From Felis catus (lineage: Eukaryota): a stretch of 60,186 bases of DNA. Below, piece after piece: positions 24,023 through 35,921 of the stretch. A program made the translations under genes and the position numbers. Position 1 is the stretch's first letter. The number at the start of each line of letters is the position of its first letter. The stretch covers positions 52,515,815 through 52,576,000 of the forward strand of contig NC_058368.1 of NCBI RefSeq assembly GCF_018350175.1, written 5' to 3'. Below the pieces are notes generated by a model, which did not search any database, was not told the DNA's origin, and saw nothing but the letters and a program-made list of their open reading frames with translations.

Positions 24023-24331
24023 CAGTAGTTCTCAAATCTTTTTATCCCAGAACCCAAAGGGCTTTTGTTTATATTGATATTTATAGTATTGGAAATTAAA
24101 ACTGAGAATTTTTTCAAACATTACTTTATTAAGCCATTTAAAACAATAATAAACCCATTATATGGTAACGTAAGTGAATATTTTTATTTTTAAAGACTGT
24201 ATTTTCTAAAGCAAAAGAAAAATTATGTGAGAGGGTAGCATTTTAAAATTTTTTCAAATCTTCTTAACATCTGTCTTAATGGAAGAAAGCTAGATTCTCA
24301 TGTCTGCTTCCTCAGACATATTGCCTTGGTT
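24023..24331. mobile_element. Charlie1-type hAT terminal fragment
   Basis: CAGTAGTTCTCAAATCTTTTT...CCCAAAGGGCTTTTGTTTAT...AAATTAAAACTGAGAA...AATAAACCCATTA...GCTAGATTCTCATGTCTGCTTC. Confidence 0.85.
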
Positions 24332-24574
24332 ACATCACAAATATTTGGGGAAATTTATAAAGCAGAACCCAGAAAACTTAGCCATGTACTGGGAATTTAT
24401 ATAAATGTGTTCTTGAGTATCTCAGATGCATTTTGAGGAGCCCAAAAGGACAAATAAAAGCATGTGATATAAATCATGAGCTATATCATAGAGCAGAGAG
24501 CATTAAATCCCAGAGCCTTCATGACTCCAGAAATGTCTTATAAAAAAAATTATCAATTAAAATCTCCAGAAGCA

Positions 24575-24815
24575 CCATTACACAGTACTTGAGAATATGG
24601 AGCTTGTCTTTGAATGCAAAGGGGTTCAAATCCTTTATTTGTCACTGTGTGACTCAGATAACATCTCTCAGCTTTGTTTCTGTCTTTGGGATAACAGAGA
24701 GGGTAATTTCTGCCTCAAAGCATTACCATGATAATTAAATAAGATCACACAAGTGAAGTATTTAGCACAGCGCCTGGGATAGAATAGACCTCGATGAATG
24801 TTAGTGATTGGCAGC
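24575..24815 (+). mobile_element. MIR
   Basis: GGGTTCAAATCC...CTGTGTGACTCAG...GTGAAGTATTTAGCACAGCGCCTGG...GATGAATGTTAG. Confidence 0.75.
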
Positions 24816-25656
24816 TGGAGGAGCAGAAGGTGGGACCAAAGAGGATATCCGTTCATTGATAAACCTTCGTAACACATTATAACCCTGTGAAGCCCCGATC
24901 GCTCCTCTGAAAAAGTTCAGTCCAAACACACAAAGAATATCTAAACACACATGGAGTCCCATTGTTCACTTGTGTCTTTCAAAAGCCATTGAAGACAATT
25001 CCCTTCATAATCACCCAACTAAACTCACAACTCTTATTTTTCCTAGCCAGGTTTTTGCCCTTCAAACCTTTGTAAACCTGTAATATCCCAACTACCACTG
25101 TAACACAACGCCGCCACCCACCCAGCCTCGGACTCCCTCACCACTGTTTCTGATCCACTAACTTTTCTCTTCCTCTAGGTTCTTTCCCTCAACCTCCAAC
25201 CTCTCATATCTGCTCCTTTCCCGCCCATGGTCTGCTTTGGCTTCCAACCTCCAGAAGCCACTCTGGCCAAGACAGAGCTCTGTGGAAGGGGGCATGAGGA
25301 GAGGGCCAAGAGGGGGAGACAAACAGGGAGTGGGATTGGAATGAATGGAGAAGAGACAATGGATCTGTGAACACTCTTATGTTTATCATTTTATAGTGTC
25401 CCAACTTCACTCCACAAATATCTAATGCGTGGCCCCTATATGTCCATTGCTCTGTTCAATGCTGGAACAAAATGGACACAGTCCCGTTACTCAAGGAACT
25501 GAGTGTCGTGGGAGACAAACTGGAAATGTGAGAACCCAGTGAGCCCTCTCTGCCATGTATGTAAATGCTGTTCTGAGCTCTTTGTCTGTTTGCTTTATTT
25601 CAAGTTCCTGGATTAAAGAAAAGTTTATGGACACTAATATTTTCAATTATCCCTTT

Positions 25657-25714
25657 TTTTAAGTTTATTTATTTATTCTGAGAGACAGAGACAGCGTGAA
25701 TAGGGGAGGGGCAC

Positions 25715-25751
<37 letters not shown>

Positions 25752-25888
25752 CAGAGAGAGAATCCCAGGCAGGCTCTGTGTCATCAGCGCAGAGCCAGAT
25801 GTGGAGCTCAAACCCATGAACCGTGAGATCATGATGGGAGCTGCAATCAAGAGTTGGATGCTTAACTGACTGGACCACCCAGGCACCC
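25657..25888 (-). mobile_element. CanSINE with expanded (AG)n
   Basis: TSD AATTATCCCTTT at 25645-25656 and 25889-25900. Confidence 0.95.
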
Positions 25889-26267
25889 AATTATCCCTTT
25901 ATTTGACACCCTGAAGATATTTATACCTTAAGGCACCGCACTACCTAAGATTTGGGTTGATAGAGAAGTATGTCTTCCTTTCGTCAAGTGGGAGAAAGTT
26001 GATGGTGAACAGAGAAGTGAATGAGAACTGGTGTGACCTTGGAGCACGGAGCTAATTCTAACGGGAATAGGTGAGGCGAAGAACCCGGAATCAGGTGAGT
26101 TTTATTTTTATAGTAAATGTGGGACTAGCAGACGAGACTGATGAACGGTAAGCAGACTGGAGAATGCCAATGGAACACACTTGGTGAAGAGTTTACGAAT
26201 GAATTATTTGGCCCAAAACTCAGACTAAATTATCCCTTCACATTGCTACTTTAAACAACACAGGAGA

Positions 26268-26496
26268 GGGGTGCCCGGGTGGCTCGGTTGGTTACTCGTG
26301 GGACTCTTGGTTTCAGCTCAGGTCATGATCTCACAGTTCCATGTGTTCAGCCCAGCATGGGAGCCTGCTTAGGGTTCTCTCTCCTTCTCTCTTTGCCCTC
26401 CCACATGCACACTGTCTCTGTCTTCTCAAAATAAATAAATAAACTTAAAAATAAAATAAAATAAAATAAAATAAAATAAAATAAAATAAAATAAAA
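26268..26496 (+). mobile_element. CanSINE (internally deleted) with (AAAAT)n tail
   Basis: GGGGTGCCCGGGTGGCTCGG head; about ten AAAAT units. Confidence 0.92.
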
Positions 26497-26661
26497 GGGG
26501 TGCCTGGGTGGCTCACTCAGTTAAGTGTCTGACTTCAGCTCAGGTCATGATCTCCTGGTTTGTGGGTTCAAGCCCCACGTCGGGCTCTGTGCTGACAGCT
26601 CAGAGCCTGGAGCCTGCTTCGGATTCTGAGGCTCCCTCTCTCTCTTCCCCTCCCCTGCTTG

Positions 26662-26694
<33 letters not shown>

Positions 26695-26716
26695 ATAAAT
26701 AAACATGAAAGAAAAT
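26497..26716 (+). mobile_element. CanSINE directly after the previous SINE's tail
   Basis: Full SINEC head, CT tract and tail. Confidence 0.95.
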
Positions 26717-28988
26717 AGTGAGTCAAGTAGGCACTGAGGATATTGAAGGAAGAAGATAAATTTTAAGCCTTTAAAAAAAAAGGACTTTACATTACAAGCG
26801 GAAATCATCCAAGATTGGTTCTAAAAATTACCATTTGGAAGCAGAAGCTTTAACATACAGAGCTGGATCGGTGCCTTGATACACCTTTTACTGATTCCCC
26901 CCTTGTGTGATTCTTAAGTCCATGTGCTTGAAAAGTTGCAGTAACTCTTACTACTGTTGCAGTTTTACTGGTTCGCATAATTTTACCTAATCCATTTCTC
27001 ACTTGAGCATCATATAAATAATATGCATAAGGTCTCAGAACCCTGCACTCATCCCTGTGCTCATTCCTTCTACCCTTTCAGGATCAAGTATGGTGCCAGC
27101 CACGCACCAGGGATACCCCTTAAATAAGAGACTCTACCCCACTCCTGCTGTAGTTTCTGATCTTACAGTGGGGGGTGGGGGGAGGTTTGGGTCCAAAGCT
27201 GTACTCTGGAGCAGGGGCCAATGAAGGGCTGGGTCAGGAAGACTTACAAGAAGTGACATTTTAAGCAGAGACCCTAAAATGGAAAAGACATCATTAAGTT
27301 TTACCTCTCCCCATTTTAAAAAGGAAGAAGTTAGGGTTGTGTCTTACCCAAGATCTTTTGGCTAGTATATCTGGCTAGAATCTTTACGCACAATTTATTC
27401 TGCATTTGACTTTAATTTTTTTATGGGAGCGTGATCCCGCCAAGTGACAGAAACATAATCTGAATTCATTCCGATCCTGCCCCTTCCGCTCCCCACCACT
27501 GTCCCTCTGCCTCCCACCCCTACCTCCCACCCACACATCGCTCATCCCCCCTTGCTTTCCCCAGAACTGTGTAAGTTCTAAGAAGCTTCAGTAATGTCAT
27601 AATGCTGAGAAGTATGGTGGGGGGACAGGGGAGGAGAGGCTCGTTCTGTCCTGACATGCTTGTCTAGACGTGCAGACAGATCTCCCTTCTGCTTTTACAT
27701 TGTGCTGTGCGTGAAGGATTCTGGGGCCGTGAAATCTCTTTGCTCTCCAGACGTAGGAGCTAAAGTCTCATCTGATCTCAGATTCTCCAAACCTATTCTG
27801 GGATTTCCAACACCTCCTGTTTCCCTTAGTGAACTTGCCAGGGACATAGCATGGATAGGAAATGACCCTAGCCTCTGAGCTTTCTGAAGTTCCCCTCTAA
27901 CTAGCTGACCTGCTGGAGTCCCAAGGGAGTTTTCCTGTTCTCCTCAAACCAAAAACTTATCACTTAACACATATTTCTTGCCTTTTTGTTTTCTGTTCTC
28001 CTACCCTTTGACTGTAGGATGCCTACTTGTCTAAATGGGACTAAGCATAGGACTAATTTTCAGGAGGAAAAGTTTATGAATATTTCAAACTACAATAGCC
28101 CCTCTACTGATTATCAAATTGAAAGATATATTTCAGGATTTTCTTTCTGTATCATGAAGGTGCAATGTTAATCACAGGAGCAGTGCCAGAGCTCAGAGGA
28201 TAAGTTTGTGCCCTCCTTCCACTGCAGATATTGCCTCTTAAACAAGAAGAACTGTAGAAACTTAGGACCAGATATCCGGTGACCCATACGGGAGGATGTG
28301 TAATTAAATTCGCCAAGTCGGGGATGCTTCTGTAAACAGCGGTGTGGCAATCGTGACAGAAGTGATGCTTTCGATGCAGAATGCAAGATGTGCTTGTAGC
28401 AAACAGTCACCTGTGCTCTTGTCTCTGCCATGTGATCTCTCCCACACCTGCCCAATTTAAAAACAAAAGGGGGGGTTGATTGGAACTAACACAGGAGGCA
28501 ATAATTCTCTGCTCATATAATAGAAATATATCACGGGCTTTTATTTTTAGTAGTTATAAAAGTAACTATAGAAATGGTTGTGCAAATTTATTTTTTTTTG
28601 ACTATCATTTAGATTGTGAACAATCAAGAAAGGGACTCACTCATTTCAGACCATGTTATATAGTAACCAAGAATCCACCTGTTCCCAGTACCATTGTCTA
28701 CAGTGTCCACTCACTTCTACAGCTTTCCCCCCAGAGGTGAAATTCAATGTGTAATATAAAAATTCGTATAGTGCTGAGACAGCACAGAATCTACCTGAGA
28801 TCCGCTACAAATGTTTCAGTACAAAAGGACAGGCCACATGAGGCCAGAACCTACCATAACTGTCCTGTGTTCGGCCTCCAGGTGAAACAAGCCACGTGTC
28901 TACCTATAAACACATTGGAATTAGCAGGAATGGAGGGGCTAATGTTGAGAAATGTTTTCTAAATGCACTTTCTTTACCTTACACTTTA

Positions 28989-29207
28989 AAAAAAATTTTT
29001 TTTTCAACGTTTATTTATTTTTGGGACAGAGAGAGACAGAGCATGAACGGGCGAGAGGCAGAGAGGGAGGGAGACACAGAATCGGAAACAGGCTCCAGGC
29101 TCTGAGCCATCAGCCCAGAGCCTGACGTGGGGCTCGAACTCACGGACCGCGAGATCGTGACCTGGCTGAAGTCGGACGCTTAACTGACTGCGCCACCCAG
29201 GCGCCCC
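28989..29207 (-). mobile_element. Young felid SINEC_Fc-type SINE
   Basis: TSD TCTTTACCTTACACTTTA / TGTTTACCTTACACTTTA at 28971-28988 and 29208-29225. Confidence 0.98.
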
Positions 29208-29934
29208 TGTTTACCTTACACTTTAGTTTTGCACTCCAAACTATTCCTCTTAGAATTTATTTTTTTTCCCACTAAATATATGTACAATATCCTGGACAGT
29301 TATTACTACATTTTTCTGTTGAGTTTCTCTAGCCGTGGATCATCATTACCATCATCATTGGGAGCTGTCACTTCCAAAATAATTTGTGAAGAGATCCTTT
29401 TGGCTCTTTGTCACTTATGGCTCGTGGGGAGAAATAGAAAGTTGGTGTTTGTTGCACGTAAAAGTAACTTTTCCCATCATCAGGCATGTGCATGATAAGG
29501 GGCAAAACGTAAACCACTTTGACTTCACACGATCACGGACCACGTGACTTCGCATAAGCACACCAGCCCGTCTTGTAAGGGGCTGCGGGCTAGGATGAGA
29601 GAAAAGAAGGGGAAGAGAAAGGCAGAGAATGAAAACAGAATGGGGGTGGCACCACCCATGCCCACGTGGACTGACAAAACGTCTTCTGGCCGACTTGGCT
29701 CTCTGTGCAACTTGTCCCCCGGTGTGATCGATTTACTAATGCTATCATTTCAAAACAGACTTTTGCGTATACTTTTTCTAGCTACAGCTAATTTGTAAAC
29801 TGAGAATATTGTCCTTGAAATAATTAACCAGTGACTTTCTCTCTGAAAAAGTATTTGGTATCACTGGGTTTTAGAACTAGATAGCCCAATGTCTCATCCC
29901 AAATGGACCTTGCAATATCTCAAGTACCTTGTTA

Positions 29935-30520
29935 ATTCTTCTGGGTGCTATTTCTGTTGAATTAACCCTAAGTTCAGGAGCTTAACGCAAACACTTTATT
30001 ATGCTAACGGATTCCCTGGGTTAGTAATTTAGACAAGGCACCATGGGAATGGCTTCTCTCTGCTCTTTGAAGACTTGGTTCCCAGCTAGAAGTTTCAAAG
30101 GCTGGGGCTGAATCCATAGCGAGGACTGATGTCATATGGAGGTATGTTTATTCGCATGACCGGTGATTGATGCTGGTTGTCAGCTTTGGCCCCATCAGGG
30201 GCTGTTGGTGGCAGCACCAACACCTGACCTCTCCCGGTGGCCTAGGCTTCTTCATAGTGTGGAGCTTCAGGGTGTTGGCTGCTACCTGATGGATCAGCGG
30301 TCCAAAAGTGAGTGTCCCAGCCAGCAAGGTAGAGTTGTGCTGTCTTTGATTACTGAGCCTCAGAAATCGCAGTGTTGCTTGAACCACATTCTACAGGTTA
30401 TAAGCAAATCACAAGCTTGCCCAGAGCCGAGAAAGGGAGAATGTGATTCCGTGTTTTGGGAAGGTAAGAGAAAGGTTCTAGAAGAGCATGCAGGACAGGA
30501 GGTCATGTTGCAGCTGTGCA
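29935..30520 (-). mobile_element. MLT1 (MaLR) solo LTR, MLT1G/H-like
   Basis: GCTTAACGCAAACACTTTATTATGCT...GATGCTGGTTGTCAGC...CCTAGGCTTCTTCATAG...GAGCCTCAGAAATC...AAGGTTCTAGAAGAGCATG. Confidence 0.8.
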
Positions 30521-30751
30521 GCGGCACACCCCTGCCAAGCCCCAGACACCTGCCTCAACCGCAGCATCCTCAGCTATAGGGAAATCGTGTAGCCACGGGC
30601 GTGCGTGCAGATAGCTGGGGCCCCTGCAGCTGCCTGTGGGTCCAGAACTTTGGGAAATGCAGTTTGCCCCATAGATTCAAACAACAACTGACCATGAGGG
30701 GGAACTTCATTTGAATTATTATTCATCATGATATATAAGAATTCCAGTTGA

Positions 30752-30974
30752 GGGGCGCCTGGGTGGCGCAGTCGGTTAAGCGTCCGACTTCAGCCAGGTC
30801 ACGATCTCGCGGTCCGTGAGTTCGAGCCCCGCGTCAGGCTCTGGGCTGATGGCTCAGAGCCTGGAGCCTGTTTCCGATTCTGTGTCTCCCTCTCTCTCTG
30901 CCCCTCCCCCGTTCATGCTCTGTCTCTCTCTGTCCCAAAAATAAACGTTGAAAAAAAAATTTTTTTTTTAAAAA
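30752..30974 (+). mobile_element. Young felid SINEC_Fc-type SINE
   Basis: CpGs largely intact; perfect TSD AAGAATTCCAGTTGA at 30737-30751 and 30975-30989. Confidence 0.98.
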
Positions 30975-33900
30975 AAGAATTCCAGTTGATCAATTTAGAT
31001 TTTCACTTCTCAGTTGGTTATTTGGCCTCCCAAAGATCCAGGAAAACATCCCTTTTCCCCTTGGTGCGATGTGAATATTCTTTTTCCTTAAAAGAATTCA
31101 CAAGCTGAACAGTGACGAGAGGCCATGTAATAAGTAGAAATTCCTAAATGATGCTCCAGAATAGCTTGACTAAGAAAATTATGTTGTGGAAATAAAAACT
31201 AAAAAAAGTATTTTAGGATTTTTGTGTCTGTGTCATGAAAAAGAGAGCTGGACTTGAGAGTCTGTAAACAGGGCAGCTTTAAGAGATTCTAGAATAGTGA
31301 GGAGCATCCAAAGTCATCTCTTCAGCCACGGCTGGAAGATTTCAGACTGAAAGAAACCATTAGATTTCTCAAGGTATAGATACAGGTCAGCACAGCTATG
31401 AGACTTACACATCAGTATATTGCATTAGTAAAATGGTAAATCGATTCCTTAAAATATTAGGATATACAGGTCCTCTGAGAGGAAGCCTGGTTGTGTGTGA
31501 TTACCAACCTTGCTCGTTTTTGTAATCTTTTGCTTTTCAGACATTATTTGGCAATATAGCCCTGAATGTGTAAGCTCCCCCTCTTGTTTCTCATAATAAT
31601 ACAACCTTTTAAGCAATCGCTTAAAAGAAAATTGAAAGATTTATCCTACAATTCAAACCCTAACCTATCAGTGAATATGTTCACAGCCAAGAGTTAGCTT
31701 CTATCAGATCCTAGTAAAATGTCCTTGGAAGGGTTTTACAACTCCAGACCCTAACTATATGGTTTTGCACGAAGACATATTTAGCTAATGGAATTATAGC
31801 CTCAGCTTACGTATTGTGCTTGCTAAGTGAGCTTTCTCAGAAATTCACGCAGCATGTACAGGGCTCTTAACTCCAAAAAGTCAAACCCTGGCTGGCTGGG
31901 CCCACTAATACTGAGCGCATATTATTTTCATGCACTTCCATTTGCGTGTGCAAATACCCATATTTGCTCATGGAAATTGCACAGGCAAGCAGATGATAAT
32001 TTAGAAAAAGGACAACCCTATTCAGCATGCACCAATGCACGAAGGAACACATGCTTTCAGTGTCTGAAGATTGCCCAATCCTTGGGCAGTTCATGAAGAA
32101 AAAAAATTAATATTCTTGTATGCATGGCAGGTGAACTGACAAATAATGAGGATGCACTTAAAGGAGACTGCTAGAAGTTAGCATTATTTCACAGTAATTT
32201 TATTCTCGCTTTGTTTATATAATCCACTATCATTTTTCAGCCTTGGGAAAAAACAAAAAATGAGGCTGAGTACAAGAAGTAACTGGTCTATTTCCTCCTC
32301 TATAATTCCCAGTGTCAGTTTTCACAGTTATCTTTGCTGTTTCTGCCTCCTGTAAATACATGGATGTGAATAGCTCTCTTTTTTGCTCAATTAAAATGTA
32401 TTTTGTAACGTGAAAATCAGCTTATCTCGCTTTGGCTACCTTAATTACCTTTGTTAATTCTCCTGGCTTCCCCCCCCCCCACCCTCATATTTCACAATCG
32501 CCTTCCTTATCAAAATGGCGACCCATTTTCTCATCGTAGCACTCATTATCCTAACTTCTTACAGAGTACAATGAATGGAAATGGGCTTCAAGACTAAAAT
32601 ATTGAGTCATGGCAATATTATTGCATGCTGCCTTTGAGAGCGTGTGTTTCCTCAGGAGCCACACTTGTAGCACGTAGAGCCAATTTGGAGACATAACCCA
32701 AGTATCACTGCTTTCTTCCTCCAGTGGCTCAGACCTCTGCAAAGTCCTCCTCCTCCTCGTATTTCAGGGGGCCAATAGTTGGTTCACACAAGTGTAGTTA
32801 CCCACCATGCGGTACCTGCTGGCTTGGCCATCATGCCACTGCCTCTACCGTGCTCCGCTCTCCATTTGCCCGGCATCATGCCTCCCGCACACCACCCCTC
32901 TCTGGACACGGCTGACCCCACACACCCCACAGCCTCCTACCACTGCTAACGCACCCGATTCTGTGAGGACCCAATGTTGTTGGCAGTTAGCTTTTGAAGT
33001 GGATGAGAATGTGTCTCTCTCTTTGTGTATCACCGTATGTCAGATGGCCGCAGCCAAAACAGTATGCTTGTGCCCCAGGAGTCTTCACATGGCCGAACGG
33101 CTCTTTCAGTTTGCACTTACAGACACTGCTCACAGGTCACTGGAAGCCTCAGACATGAGTCCAACTGGGGGAGGGGGGAAGAATGTGCTGGGCTGATAGA
33201 CACCACCACCCGAGAAATCCCCAGAATCTCCCTTCCACTCATAAGTCTGAGGTGTTGTTATTGAATGAAGTGTCTCATGCTTGGCTCCCTCTCTGCCTTG
33301 GATGGATTGTCCAGTAATCCCTCCCACAAAACAACTTTCAGTGGGCCTCCCCATCAATCCACCTGACAGGCTCACACATCTTTGGATCTCACAATCGACA
33401 CAACTTGGGCTAAGACCCCTGCCACATTTCACATTCATTTCTATCTGTTCTTCTGTCTGAATTGATTACTTAGCCCCTTGGTTCTCAGAAAGGTGAGGTC
33501 AATATTGGCATGAAAATTCCTGGTGCGAGGGGGTTGTCATTTAGTGAGTCATTAAAGATCACTCTTTAGTCAAAAGGAAAAGAGTGAGGAAGAAAGAAAG
33601 GGGGAGCAACAGAGAGAGAGAAAGAAACTGGGGGCCAGAATAAGTGACTATAACAACCGACTGCTAGAGCCAGTGTTACCTGTCATCCCCCTGGGAGGGG
33701 AGTTACTGCATCAGATCCACGAGTTACTTCAGAGGAAGGGGCAAAGAGATAACCCGTCTGAACATCAACTGAGCTTGGAAAGGGCTTTAGATTACCCTGT
33801 TGTCAAAATATAATTTCGTAATCTGAGTCACTGTTTTTAATCTGATTAGATAAGGCTAAGGGGACATCACTTATTTAAAGGGAAATGGATACGAGAAGGA

Positions 33901-34259
33901 GGAACATACTTAAAAAGTTGGAGAAAGAAAGGGAGGGAAAGAGAAAGAGCATGATTCCCCTAAGTAAGTTTGTAGATCAAAGAATAGTAGTAAAAAGTGT
34001 CACAGTTTTGATTTGTTACCAAGGCACAAAAATTGTACCGTGAATCGGGCAACCATTAGACTGGGCAAATTATCATAGATCATAAGAGAGAATGGAAATA
34101 AAAGATGGAGTCCATGAGGTATTTCTGAAACCACCCTAAGTTGCTTGATGCAAATTTTTGGTTTCTTCATGGAGGTAACTCATGTGAAAAATAAATCATA
34201 ATTTTTACTATGAGAACAACTATAAATCCTAACTTACTAATATGTTAATGAATCCTTTC

Positions 34260-34473
34260 TTAATTTTTCCTCACGTTTATTTTTTGAGAAAGAGAGAGAG
34301 AGAGAGCATGAATAGGGGAGGGGCAGAGAGAGAGGGGGACACAGAATCTGAAGCAGGCTCCAGGCTCCGAGCTTTCAGCACAGAGCTTGACGCGGGGCTT
34401 GAACTCATGGACCCTGAGATCATGACCTGAGCCGAAGTCGGATGCTTAACCGACTGAGCCACCCAGGCGCCCC
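34260..34473 (-). mobile_element. CanSINE
   Basis: Antisense SINEC; degenerate TSD TTAATGAATCCTTTC / TTAATGAGCCATTTC. Confidence 0.95.
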
Positions 34474-34678
34474 AATTAATGAGCCATTTCGAAGTGATGT
34501 CCAGGTTCTTTCTATTTTTCCAAAATGAAGGTTTATTAAAACAAGGGAGAAACTGAAGATTACCTCTTTAAAATATGTTTAACTAGTCTATGGATACCTA
34601 TCTGGGTATCAGCCATTTCAAATTTCTACTAATTGAATCCATGGTTATTTTCATGGCTGAGAGTAATTTGTGTGAATT

Positions 34679-34698
34679 TGTGTGTGTGTGTGTGTGTG
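34679..34698. repeat. (TG)n microsatellite
   Basis: Read directly. Confidence 0.9.
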
Positions 34699-35660
34699 GT
34701 TTTATAAAGTCTTTATCTTATTTCTAATATTAAGACTTGAGCTAAAACAAGAAACACATGGCTAATGAATATCCATGCACAACTGGAAAGCTTATTTCAT
34801 ATATAAGAATGTTTTCTAACTAGACTGTCTTTTCTTTTAAAAGTTGCTATGGGGGGGGGGAGGCTGTATCATTTCCTAATCGTACATCCATCAAATTCAT
34901 GATAACATAGCATTTTAAATACTTATTATAAATTTTACATCCTAACATACATTACACCTGGGCAATCATAAATGTGGGTGTTCCACTTCTGATAAGAAAA
35001 TTTTAAAAAACTGTCACATTTTTAACCATGCTGGATCATGTTAATACGTTGAAGGATAGTGAATAACTGTTTTCAGATTTCTCACTCTTCACAACTTCGT
35101 GTGGCTCCTCACCTTGCAGATTTATCTTGTTCATTCTTTGTTAATTAAAAATGTTAAAAATCAATCTCTCGTCAAAGCTGTTCTGTAGTTAATAGGCTAC
35201 CATATAGCAGCTTAATGTCCAATTACTGTGTGTGAGTAACCCCGGCCTCTGTCAACTAGTAAACATTTACAAATTTAACAGGTTAATTTGTTCATATTAC
35301 AATATAATCTTTATTTCAATTCACCTGAAGCATGTTCGGCATGGGCCAGAGGTTGACAGTCTAGATGAGCATCAGTGACGAGACTAACTTTGGCCAAGCT
35401 GTGGAACCTGAGGTTAGGACTGTGTCCCTTTTGCAGTTTATTTTCCCTACCTGCGTAGTGGGGTCGCAGAGAATCACAGTCTTGATTCATTATAAAATTG
35501 AGTAGGATAAGGACCTGTCCCACTTTTAGTTCACCTTCTAAAAACCCACAAAATGCTAGACTGTCTGTACTTGAAGTGGGCCACTTCCCGTGCGTTGGCC
35601 AGAGCAGCCAATAGCCTGTGTTCCTTAACACAGCACTAACATATAACAGCTGCTAACTTA

Positions 35661-35781
35661 GGGGTGCTTGGGTGGCTCAGTGAGTCAAGCGGTGGACTCT
35701 TCATTCCGCCTCAGGTCATGATCTCACGCTTCTGGGTTCGTGAGGTCAGGCTGTATGCGGACAGCGCAGAGCCTGCTTGAG

Positions 35782-35831
<50 letters not shown>

Positions 35832-35921
35832 TCTTCCTCTCTGCCCCTCCTCTATGAGTTCTCTCTCTCTTTCTCTCGCAAAAATAAACATTTAAAAATA
35901 AATAAATAAATAAAATAAGAG
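35661..35921 (+). mobile_element. CanSINE with long (CT)n
   Basis: TSD ATAACAGCTGCTAACTTA / ATAGCAGCTGCTAACCTA. Confidence 0.95.

Noticed and set aside
25156..25180. Textbook branch point plus acceptor CACTAACTTTTCTCTTCCTCTAG
   Set aside because: No convincing donor or recognisable coding frame follows
30163..30579. Longest ORF in the track (138 aa)
   Set aside because: Lies mostly within an MLT1 LTR and shows no protein motif
32680..33440. GC-richer block with several overlapping ORFs; possible old LTR or L2/CR1 endonuclease trace (HTSLDLTI)
   Set aside because: I could not assign a family or product with any confidence; a Dfam or tBLASTn search is needed
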